From: an uncultured Verrucomicrobia subdivision 3 bacterium
GTDB lineage: Bacteria > Verrucomicrobiota > Verrucomicrobiia > Limisphaerales > UBA11358
NCBI GenBank assembly: GCA_903884535.1
Contig: CAISEZ010000090.1
Span: 1,953-65,952 of the forward strand
Reading direction: 5' to 3'
Length of the DNA: 64,000 nucleotides
Shown: in pieces, positions 34,707 to 44,056 of the stretch
How positions within the stretch are numbered: the stretch's first letter is position 1
Layout: every line of letters begins with the position of its first letter
Translations under genes and position numbers: made by a program
The notes under the pieces: model-generated
What the model was told of the DNA's origin: nothing
Database searches by the model: none
Seen by the model: the letters and a program-made list of their open reading frames with translations, nothing else

Positions 34707-37523
34707 TTATGGCAGTTCAACTACGCGGTAGTAGCGGTTGCCTGGGCCAGGCGGCGACACGGTCTTGGGCGGGCCGGCATCAATCCATTGTGTCCGGTTG
34801 GCCGCGGCTTTGATGGTCGGTGCGGCCGAAACCCAATTTATTAAATCTCCACTGTATTCGATTGCATAACTGCGACTGGCGGTGGAGTTGAACTCAACGA
34901 GGAAACTTCCACCCGGAAGCATTTGCGCCCGTGTGACCGCAATCCGAGTGCCGTTGTTCGTAGGTGGCGTCGCTGTGGTAGTGGATTCTAGGGTAACAGT
35001 GGGGGTGAACGTGGCGCGATTGGTGACATAATACTCGATGGTCAACGTGACGGAGCCGTTGGCGGGAATGGGGCCGTTGTATTGCACAAACGGGGTGCCG
35101 TTGTTCGTGCCTGTGGCGTTGTAGACCTGCACGCCCGCTGGCAGTGAAGTGATGAGCACTCGATACGGCGTGGTGTTTGGTGTGGCGCAGGTGTTGCCAA
35201 TCACGACACGCTGTTCGAGCAGCCCGGTCTGTGGATTGACGGTGGGCATGGATGTGGAGGTGATCGCCGTCTCGCACTCCACGGCGCCGGGCGGCCAGAT
35301 GCCTTCGGCCCACGGTCCCCAATCCGTGCCGTCGTTGGCGCGAACACGAATGTAATAAACGACCGGGCCCAAGTCCGGCCCGGTGTAGAGCGCGGATTGA
35401 TTGGTGCCGACGAACGGCGGCGGGTTCCACAAGTTGGTGCCGGTGGCGTCGGGGCCGCTCCAGACTTGGATTTCCGCTTGAGCTTGCGGCGCACCTTCCC
35501 TGTCAGCGTAGGTCCAGGTGATGGTGAACGAGTTCGTGTTCGTGCCGCCAGCCGCCACCGCGATCACGGGCACGACGGCGGGCGGAATATTCGTGGTCGA
35601 AGTGGTGAATGCGTATTCGGTCACGCGATCTCGCGGACAGTTCTGCCAGGAGATGTTGTTCTCGTCCGAATCTTGGACCTGCGCCAGAATACTCGCACCG
35701 GATCGGTAATCCCAAGCGTAGTTTAACGGCGCAGTAAACCCGTCGACCGTCATGGTCACGTAATCAATTCCTGCTGGTTCGTATTGATAATCTTGCCAGA
35801 CCTGGACGCGCAGTTCGCCATTGGGATCGGGGAGGAACAAGGAAAGATCGTATGTCTTCGTGGCTTCGGTGCCTGGATAGGTGAAGGAATCGCGCTGCAC
35901 CCAACTGCTGCCGTCCCAAGTATAGACCAGATAGCTACCGCCGCTGGGCAGATAATAACCGCGCGAGCGAAACACAAATTCGCGCGTTTTGCCCGTAGCC
36001 AGTGCTGGAACCGGAAACGAGATCGAGAATTTTTCGCCGCTGGAGATTTGAACCCGGTTGCCGTCCACGTTCGCCAGCGTGGCGAGGACGTTTTTCGAAC
36101 CAAACCAAGCCGCGCTCGGTTGCAATGTTGTAGCCGTGAACGCCGGCGCTGCCCCGGCATAAAGCGCCACGAAATCAATGGAGTGGTATTTGGTTGAGTG
36201 TGAAATCGAACGCAGGCGCACCTGCACCGCCTTGCCCGCCGTCAGATAGGGCTTCAAGTCGAACGCGTTGTAGGAATTTTCAAAGCGCGGCAGCAACCGT
36301 CCGCGCTCGATCCAGTTTCCGCCGCTGTCGCGGGTTTCGACCACCACGGCCGGAGGGCTGGTGAACGGAATCTCCGGGCCGGTGCCAATGATGAAGCCTT
36401 TCACCTTGAGCACCAGCACCGCCGCTTGCGAAAGGTCCACGATTCCGAAATCCAAACTGACCGTGTCGCCATGATACGCCGCATGCCCGACATCGTCGTT
36501 GGCAATAACCAACGGCAGGACATTTTCAGATTGGCCCGAAACCGCGGAGTTGGGTGCCCGCAAGCTGGCCGGCCGGTAACCAGTGAGGTTGCCCGCGCCG
36601 TCCGGTGCTACCGCCACATCCGCCGCGTGATCCACGGCTACGAGCGTCGCGTCGTCCGTGAAGGAGGTCTCGCTGTCCCGCTCCTGCACTTCGAGCCAAT
36701 AGCTTCCGTTCAGTGGCACCAGCGGTTTTTGCAGCCGGTAAGCATCGGTGTATTCAGCACTCGCTCCACGCGCAACGGAATAGATGTCATTGTCCGCCAT
36801 GAAGTCACTCCCATTCCACGGAGCCACCCACGGGCAGGAGGCGGACGAGGACGGGTCTTCCCACGCTTCCATGGTGAACATTTTGGCGGTGCCCGATTTC
36901 ACGTTCTTGGTAACGGCGATGTCATCCACATACACCCCCGACAGGCTGCCGCTGCCGCCGCAATAGAATGAAGGCGAAGAACTGAAGACCACCGCGCGAA
37001 AACGCAGGTAGAGCGGCATGCCGGAGTAGGTTGGATCCAGCGAAAACTCGTAATGCTTCCACGACGGGGCGTTGGCGCCATAGTGCTCCATGTTATTATA
37101 AAATTGAATCAGTGATTGCCATTCGGTGCGATTCGTGGAGACGAAGAATTCACCCCGGTCGCGCATACCATCCAGATCAACGTAGGCCCAGAAACGGACG
37201 CGCAGAATCTCGTTGCTGGAGATGGTGGGAAGCGAGATTGGCAGCGAAACAATGGACCCATCACACGTTCTTGGAATCGGCCCGTCCAGCACCGTGCCCC
37301 AGCACTTGGTTCCCGCGTGGGCGGCGTGCGGTCCCACCGAGCTGGGCGAAGGCGTGCCCCACGCCCAACCGGCGGTATTGTCCGTTTCCAATATTCCGTA
37401 ACTGCCATCGTCGGTTTCAAATCCCTGCGAGTAGATGATGACTTCCTGTGCTGGGGCAGTGAGTGACAGGATCGAGAAAACGGCTGCGATACCGCATCCG
37501 ACTATTAAACAATTGGTTTTCAT
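34707..37523 (-). CDS. Large secreted protein of unknown function (N-terminal MAM/jelly-roll-like module, FN3-like module, C-terminal beta-sandwich)
   Basis: 938 aa. Signal peptide MKTNCLIVGCGIAAVFSILSLTAPAQE. GWAWGTPS...HAGTKCWGT...GVYVDDIAV pattern. Ends with ...RYYRVVELP. Confidence 0.75.
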   Translation of the reverse strand: MKTNCLIVGCGIAAVFSILSLTAPAQEVIIYSQGFETDDGSYGILETDNTAGWAWGTPSPSSVGPHAAHAGTKCWGTVLDGPIPRTCDGSIVSLPISLPTISSNEILRVRFWAYVDLDGMRDRGEFFVSTNRTEWQSLIQFYNNMEHYGANAPSWKHYEFSLDPTYSGMPLYLRFRAVVFSSSPSFYCGGSGSLSGVYVDDIAVTKNVKSGTAKMFTMEAWEDPSSSASCPWVAPWNGSDFMADNDIYSVARGASAEYTDAYRLQKPLVPLNGSYWLEVQERDSETSFTDDATLVAVDHAADVAVAPDGAGNLTGYRPASLRAPNSAVSGQSENVLPLVIANDDVGHAAYHGDTVSLDFGIVDLSQAAVLVLKVKGFIIGTGPEIPFTSPPAVVVETRDSGGNWIERGRLLPRFENSYNAFDLKPYLTAGKAVQVRLRSISHSTKYHSIDFVALYAGAAPAFTATTLQPSAAWFGSKNVLATLANVDGNRVQISSGEKFSISFPVPALATGKTREFVFRSRGYYLPSGGSYLVYTWDGSSWVQRDSFTYPGTEATKTYDLSLFLPDPNGELRVQVWQDYQYEPAGIDYVTMTVDGFTAPLNYAWDYRSGASILAQVQDSDENNISWQNCPRDRVTEYAFTTSTTNIPPAVVPVIAVAAGGTNTNSFTITWTYADREGAPQAQAEIQVWSGPDATGTNLWNPPPFVGTNQSALYTGPDLGPVVYYIRVRANDGTDWGPWAEGIWPPGAVECETAITSTSMPTVNPQTGLLEQRVVIGNTCATPNTTPYRVLITSLPAGVQVYNATGTNNGTPFVQYNGPIPANGSVTLTIEYYVTNRATFTPTVTLESTTTATPPTNNGTRIAVTRAQMLPGGSFLVEFNSTASRSYAIEYSGDLINWVSAAPTIKAAANRTQWIDAGPPKTVSPPGPGNRYYRVVELP

Positions 37524-37776
37524 TATGAACTCCTCCTAATGCAAGTGTGGCTTTGTAAAAGTAAACCTGCTTGTATCAACTTAAACTCCTGCTGGCGTTT
37601 AAAGTCAACACATATTTTCATGTTTTTTATCATGGTTTAAACGGGAGGGTGAATCGTTTCCCAAAAAAACGAGCAGACCGTTTAATGCCCATGGGTGCGG
37701 CAGCCGGTTCCAACCGCCCGCAGATTTGCCTCAGCGAGTATTTTTGGAAGAGCTGTTCCGAGGCAGTTTCAAATTT

Positions 37777-37848
37777 GGTGGGGCGAGCGTCCGGCGAGCC
37801 GCTCAAACCCAAGACTCCCGACGGTTCGCGCGGACGCCCACCCCGCCG
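37777..37848. repeat. GC-rich palindromic element sharing the 'CGCTCAAAC' box with the elements at 39150 and 62065
   Basis: GGTGGGGCGAGCGTCCGGCGAGCCGCTCAAACC ... CGACGGTTCGCGCGGACGCCCACCCCGCC, an imperfect inverted repeat, 78 nt upstream of the uvrB ATG. Confidence 0.55.
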
Positions 37849-37887
37849 GCTTTTTGAAATTAGGCCACCACCTGTTCCGACGGTTCG

Positions 37888-37916
37888 TTGACACGCGGGG
37901 CTGACACTTCTAACTT
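37888..37916 (+). promoter_or_regulatory. Candidate sigma70-type promoter of uvrB (TTGACA-N17-TAACTT), implying a very short leader
   Basis: Hexamers read directly. The -10 element ends 9 nt before the ATG. A TTGACA box also precedes the relic copy (33424-33429). Confidence 0.3.
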
Positions 37917-37925
37917 TTCCTTTCG

Positions 37926-40070
37926 ATGTTTGAACTTGTTTCCGAATACGCGCCCGCCGGTGACCAGCCGCAGGCGATTGAAAAATTAACCGCCGGCATT
38001 TTGACCGGCGTGAAAAACCAGACGCTGCGTGGCGTCACCGGTTCCGGCAAGACGTTCACCGTCGCTAACGTCATCAAAAATACCGGCAAGCCCACGCTCG
38101 TCATTTCGCACAACAAAACCCTGGCCGCGCAACTTTACGCCGAGTTCAAAAGTTTTTTCCCAAAAAACGCCGTCGAATACTTCGTCAGCTATTTCGATTT
38201 TTACCAGCCCGAGGCCTACATTCCGCGCACCGACACGTTCATCGAAAAAGATTCCAGCATCAACGAGGAGATCGAGCGGCTGCGGCTCTCGACCATGAGT
38301 TCGCTCTTCTCGCGCCGCGATGTGATTGTCGTTGCGAGCGTCTCTTGCATTTACGGTATCGGCAGCAAGGAAGATTACGCGGTGATGGTTTTGCCCATCA
38401 CCGTCGGCGGCGCAATGTCGCGCGAGCAGTTGTTGTCGCGCCTGGTGGATCTGCAATACACGCGCAACGACATCGCGTTCGAGCGCGGCCAGTTTCGCGT
38501 GCGCGGCGACACGGTGGAAATCTGTCCCGCCGGCCGCGAGGACGCGCTGCGCGTGGAATTTTTCGGCGAGGACATCGAACGCCTCACGCGCTTCGAGCCG
38601 CTGACGGGAAATAAGATTGAATCGCTCGTCGCCGAAACCATTTTTCCGGCAAAGCAATTCGTGACCACCGGCGACAAATTAATAAATGCCATCCTCGGCA
38701 TTCGCGAGGAATTGCGCGAACGCATCGTTTTTTTTGAGAAGCACGGCAAGCTGCTGGAAGCCCAGCGCATCAAGATGCGCACGGAATACGATCTGGAAAT
38801 GATGGAACAAATGGGCTTCTGTTCCGGCATCGAAAATTATTCGCGCCACATCGCCGCGCGCAAGCCGGGTTCGCAGCCGAACACGCTGTTTGATTTTTTC
38901 CCGAAAGATTATCTGCTCGTCGTGGACGAATCGCACGTCACCGTTTCGCAGATCGGCGGCATGTATGAAGGCGACAAATCGCGCAAAACGGTTTTGGTGG
39001 ATCACGGCTTCCGGCTGCCGAGCGCGCTGGACAACCGGCCGATGAATTTTCTGGAATTTCAGTCCATGCAAAACCAGACGATTTACGTCAGCGCCACGCC
39101 CTCGCTGCGCGAAATCGAATGGTCGCGGCAAAGTGCCGTCCAAAATTCTGGTGGCAGCGGACGTGAGTCCGCTCAAACCTTAAAATCGGAAATTGAAAAT
39201 CGGAAGTCGGAAATGAGTCAGAGCCGACTCACGTCGGCTGCTACCGAACTGCCCGGCGTCGTGGATCTCGTCGTGCGGCCGACCGGCTTGATTGATCCGA
39301 AAGTCACCATCAAGCCGCTGAAAGGTCAGATTGACGATTTGATGGAAGAGGTCCGCAAGCGCGGCGACAAAAAGGAACGCACACTGGTCACGACCTTGAC
39401 CAAGCGCACGGCGGAAGAACTCACGGATTATCTGCGCGACATTGGCATCCGCGTTCAGTATTTGCACAGCGACATTGACGCGATTGAGCGCGTGGAAATC
39501 CTGCGCTCGCTGCGCAAGGGCGAGTTTGACGTGCTCGTCGGCATCAATCTGTTGCGCGAAGGATTGGATTTGCCAGAAGTTTCGCTCGTCGCAATTTTGG
39601 ACGCGGACAAGGAAGGTTTTCTGCGCAGCGAAACGAGTTTGATCCAGACCGCTGGTCGCGCGGCGCGGCATTTGAACGGCGAGGTGATTCTTTACGCCGA
39701 CGTGATGACGGACAGCATCAAAAAATTTCTCGCCATCACGGAATATCGGCGCAAGCGGCAGATCGCTTATAATCTTGAACACCACATCACGCCGCGCAGC
39801 GTCATTCGCGCGGTCGAGGAAAGTCTGGCGGTTTATCGGACGACGCGTGAAGAAGCTGACGCCGTTTTGCACGACGCCAAAATGGACGTGGACGTGACCG
39901 AGACCATCCGCGAACTCGAAGGTGAAATGCTCGTGGCCGCCGAGGATTTGAAATTTGAAAAAGCCGCGCTGCTCCGCGACCAGATCAAAGAACTCAAACA
40001 CATGATTGACGGCACGAAATCCGAAGCGAAGCCGGTGAGCTATCGGAAATCAAAACGAGCGAGGAAATAA
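37926..40070 (+). CDS. uvrB: Excinuclease ABC subunit B
   Basis: 714 aa. Motifs GVTGSGKTFT (Walker A), DESH, RPTGLIDP and GRAARH, plus a C-terminal UVR domain (FEKAALLRDQIKELK). Contains an in-frame repeat-element insertion. Confidence 0.97.
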   Translation: MFELVSEYAPAGDQPQAIEKLTAGILTGVKNQTLRGVTGSGKTFTVANVIKNTGKPTLVISHNKTLAAQLYAEFKSFFPKNAVEYFVSYFDFYQPEAYIPRTDTFIEKDSSINEEIERLRLSTMSSLFSRRDVIVVASVSCIYGIGSKEDYAVMVLPITVGGAMSREQLLSRLVDLQYTRNDIAFERGQFRVRGDTVEICPAGREDALRVEFFGEDIERLTRFEPLTGNKIESLVAETIFPAKQFVTTGDKLINAILGIREELRERIVFFEKHGKLLEAQRIKMRTEYDLEMMEQMGFCSGIENYSRHIAARKPGSQPNTLFDFFPKDYLLVVDESHVTVSQIGGMYEGDKSRKTVLVDHGFRLPSALDNRPMNFLEFQSMQNQTIYVSATPSLREIEWSRQSAVQNSGGSGRESAQTLKSEIENRKSEMSQSRLTSAATELPGVVDLVVRPTGLIDPKVTIKPLKGQIDDLMEEVRKRGDKKERTLVTTLTKRTAEELTDYLRDIGIRVQYLHSDIDAIERVEILRSLRKGEFDVLVGINLLREGLDLPEVSLVAILDADKEGFLRSETSLIQTAGRAARHLNGEVILYADVMTDSIKKFLAITEYRRKRQIAYNLEHHITPRSVIRAVEESLAVYRTTREEADAVLHDAKMDVDVTETIRELEGEMLVAAEDLKFEKAALLRDQIKELKHMIDGTKSEAKPVSYRKSKRARK
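39150..39245. repeat. 96-nt palindromic (MITE/REP-like) element inserted in frame within uvrB, with a central 7-nt-periodic array
   Basis: Left arm GGTGGCAGCGGACGTGAGTCCGCTCAAAC. Centre AAATCGG AAATTGA AAATCGG AAGTCGG AAATGAG. Right arm GAGCCGACTCACGTCGGCTGCTACC, the near reverse complement of the left arm. Confidence 0.7.
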
Positions 40071-40100
40071 TTCGAGTGATTATTTGCGGAAATTTACAAG

Positions 40101-40334
40101 CTATTCTGTTTTCTCGTCACTCTCACCTGTGACTTTGTGAGTGCGAGATTTTCTAATTTTGGAAATGAACAAATAGAGAGTAATCCCAGATGCCACCAAC
40201 ACTGGCCCAAGAAGCGCGCCTAATATTGCTCCTCCGAAAAACTTCCCGGCAAACAGGCCAATGACAACGCTTCCGATAACAGCTCCAATTATTGCCGTTA
40301 CAGAAAGGAAAATCAGCAATTCAAAAAATGTCAT
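40101..40334 (-). CDS. Small membrane protein (77 aa from the ATG; two or three TM, Gly-rich)
   Basis: MTFFELLIFLSVTAIIGAVIGSVVIGLFAGKFFGGAILGALLG... AT-richer than the flanks. No confident family. Confidence 0.45.
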   Translation of the reverse strand: MTFFELLIFLSVTAIIGAVIGSVVIGLFAGKFFGGAILGALLGPVLVASGITLYLFISKIRKSRTHKVTGESDEKTE

Positions 40335-40882
40335 GACATTGATACGCAACAATTACTTCGCCGGATTCGTGCGATAAAATTTCCAGCGCCGTCGGCGCGA
40401 CATCTTTGTAGAACCAAACCCAAACCGAATCAAGGTTCTTGCGAACGGTCACCATTTGCCGACGGCCACCAGCGGGCGGCATATTCGGTGGCCCGTGAAG
40501 CGGATTTTGGCGGAGCCGGCTGAGTGAAAGTTAGCTGAAACGAAAAGGTTGTGGGACACGGTGGGCGGTGGAATCGTTTTTCAGCGAACTGAAATCGGCG
40601 ATGGGTTCGACCCTGCCGGGTGCCTTGGTGGTCCGGTTCGGGTGCTGGTTCACCGCGAAGTTGCCTTAGAAATTTTTGCTGAAGCGCCGTCCTAATGATT
40701 TCAAAAACGTGAATGCCTATAGTCCTAAGCACCGTTAAGGAGTCCAATAAAAACAGTCATTCCGTCCGATTCCGCCCATGGTCAAAAATGGCGCAAACTA
40801 TTTTGTTCTGGAATATCACGCAAGCGGGCAGCGATAAATTTCCGGAAAATTATTTTAATTCACGCCCCAGCGCCCGTCGCGT

Positions 40883-41953
40883 TCAAATCTTCACCTTGAA
40901 CGCTTCGTCCTTTTTCAGCGACTGCACGAACGCCGCCATCAACTGCGGAATCAACTCCAGATCTTTCAAACTCACCACCTCGACCGGCGAGTGCATGTAA
41001 CGGTTCGGCAGACTGATCAGCGCGCTGGCGATGCCGCCGCGCGTCCAGAAAATCACGTCCGTGTCCGTGCCGCTCGTCGCCGACATCGCCTCGTGCTGCA
41101 ACGGGATTTTTTTCTTCGCCGCCACTTCCTCCAGCCGCGCGACGACGTCGGGATGATTGCAGCCGCCGTGCGTGAGCGCCGGGCCGGCGCCGACCTTGAT
41201 GTCGCCGTGCTGCGTCTTGCTGACGGTCGGATAATCCGTCGCGTGCGTCACGTCCACCACCAGCGCGATGTCCGGCTTGAGCGAATACGCGATTTGCCGT
41301 GCGCCGAGCAGGCCGACTTCTTCCTGCACATTCGAGACGGCGCAAATCTCTGCATTCAACTTCACCTTGGATTCCTTCAGCAGCCGCAGCGCTTCCGCCA
41401 CGGCGAACGTGCCGATCCGGTTGTCGAACGCCCGCGCCACCGCGAGGTCGCCGCGCAAAATGTCGAACTCATCCGCCAGCGTGATCGGGTCGCCGACGCG
41501 GACGAGCTTCTCCGCCGCCTTGCGGCTGTCCACGCCGATGTCAATGAACAAGTCGTGGATTTTCGGCGGTTTGGGTTCGCCTTCCAGCTTGGTCAAATGC
41601 GGCGCGACATTGCCGACCACGCCCTTGACCGCGCCGCCGCGCGTGTGGATGACCACGCGCTGCGCCTTGGTGATGGCCGCGTCAATGCCGCCCATTTTGC
41701 GGACGTAAATAAAACCGTTGTCATCAATATAATTCACCGCCATCGCGATTTCGTCGGCGTGCGCGGCGAGCATGATGCGCGGCGCAGCGCCTTTGTTCAG
41801 CACCGCCACGCAATTGCCGTAGGCGTCGGAAAACGTTTCGTCGGCGAACTGGCCGGCGTAATCCAGCCAGACGCGCTGGCCGCGGGTTTCGTGGCCGGTG
41901 GGACTCGGTGTGTTCACCAAGGTTTTAAGAAAATTCAGGGAGGCATCGCGCAT
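40883..41953 (-). CDS. M42 family metallopeptidase (glutamyl aminopeptidase/FrvX-like)
   Basis: 356 aa. Motifs SPTGHE, MLAAHADEIA, DDNGFI....GGID and DNRIG. Confidence 0.85.
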   Translation of the reverse strand: MRDASLNFLKTLVNTPSPTGHETRGQRVWLDYAGQFADETFSDAYGNCVAVLNKGAAPRIMLAAHADEIAMAVNYIDDNGFIYVRKMGGIDAAITKAQRVVIHTRGGAVKGVVGNVAPHLTKLEGEPKPPKIHDLFIDIGVDSRKAAEKLVRVGDPITLADEFDILRGDLAVARAFDNRIGTFAVAEALRLLKESKVKLNAEICAVSNVQEEVGLLGARQIAYSLKPDIALVVDVTHATDYPTVSKTQHGDIKVGAGPALTHGGCNHPDVVARLEEVAAKKKIPLQHEAMSATSGTDTDVIFWTRGGIASALISLPNRYMHSPVEVVSLKDLELIPQLMAAFVQSLKKDEAFKVKI

Positions 41954-42017
41954 GACGGCAGGCTAGTCGGCGCCAATTTAAACGGAAAGGCAAATGTGCG
42001 CCCGCCACTTTGCGGAA

Positions 42018-42046
42018 TTGACATGGCCGCGCGGCATCCCTAATTT
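42018..42046 (+). promoter_or_regulatory. Candidate sigma70-type promoter for purA (TTGACA-N17-TAATTT)
   Basis: Hexamers and the 17-nt spacer counted directly. Confidence 0.35.
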
Positions 42047-42051
42047 CTTAA

Positions 42052-43428
<1,377 letters not shown>

Positions 43429-43435
43429 TGATTTT

Positions 43436-44056
43436 ATGACGCTCTCAGATTACGCAAGTTGTGCTTCAATATTGAGCCTTCCGTTATCTGTAGTGCTTTG
43501 GCTTTTTACACGGGAAACGGCTGCGAAATTTTGGAAAAATTGGTTTGGAAGGATTTTTTTTGTAGGATTTATTCTCGGACTGGTTGCTGTATGGCACATG
43601 GGATGGTTAAGTTGGTTGACTAAACCGGTTGTCTGGCCAGTGTGGGCTTTAATCTTGCTTGGAGTTGGAGGTTTAGTTTTGCCTCTTCTTTACTGGGGCT
43701 TGATAAAATTATTTGGTAAACAATCAATTATTTCACAGTTGAATTGGCGTAATTATGTTAACGATGAGATTTTTGGGGTGAACTGGCACTGGAATTATTT
43801 GGGAGATAAATTGAACGATGATTTATCCGCATTCTGTCCAGACCATAAATGTAAATGTCGGTTGAGGTCTGAACCAAACAGAAATGCTCCTTTTAATCCA
43901 AACAGGTATGAATCTCCAATTTCTCTAGTTTGTCCCCGATGTGGATTTCAAAAGGATTTTGATTCTGATTTTGAATCTATCAAGCGAAATGTATTCATCG
44001 AAATCGAAAGACGACTTAACACCAAGGAATTTCTAAAACGTTCCGAAAACAAATGA
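43436..44056 (+). CDS. AT-rich hypothetical protein: N-terminal ~110-aa polytopic membrane region plus C-terminal Cys4 zinc-ribbon-like domain
   Basis: 206 aa. The CPDHKC...(31 aa)...CPRCG pair. Composition is strikingly AT-richer than purA and uppS. Lies 7 nt after the purA stop, and its stop overlaps the uppS ATG (ATGA). Confidence 0.55.
   Translation: MTLSDYASCASILSLPLSVVLWLFTRETAAKFWKNWFGRIFFVGFILGLVAVWHMGWLSWLTKPVVWPVWALILLGVGGLVLPLLYWGLIKLFGKQSIISQLNWRNYVNDEIFGVNWHWNYLGDKLNDDLSAFCPDHKCKCRLRSEPNRNAPFNPNRYESPISLVCPRCGFQKDFDSDFESIKRNVFIEIERRLNTKEFLKRSENK

Noticed and set aside
39180-39215. Short-period repeat arrays (here and at 45041, 45348, 50550, 60137, 61524, 6049) considered as possible CRISPR or mini-CRISPR arrays
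   Set aside because: The period is 7 nt with no spacers, the total length is under 50 nt, and most lie inside coding sequences. They are not CRISPR.
40603-40613. GGGTTCGACCC, a T-loop-like motif that might indicate a tRNA or tmRNA in the 548-nt gap
   Set aside because: The flanking bases do not form a 5-bp T-stem, acceptor stem or anticodon arm on either strand, and there is no CCA-proximal acceptor pairing.
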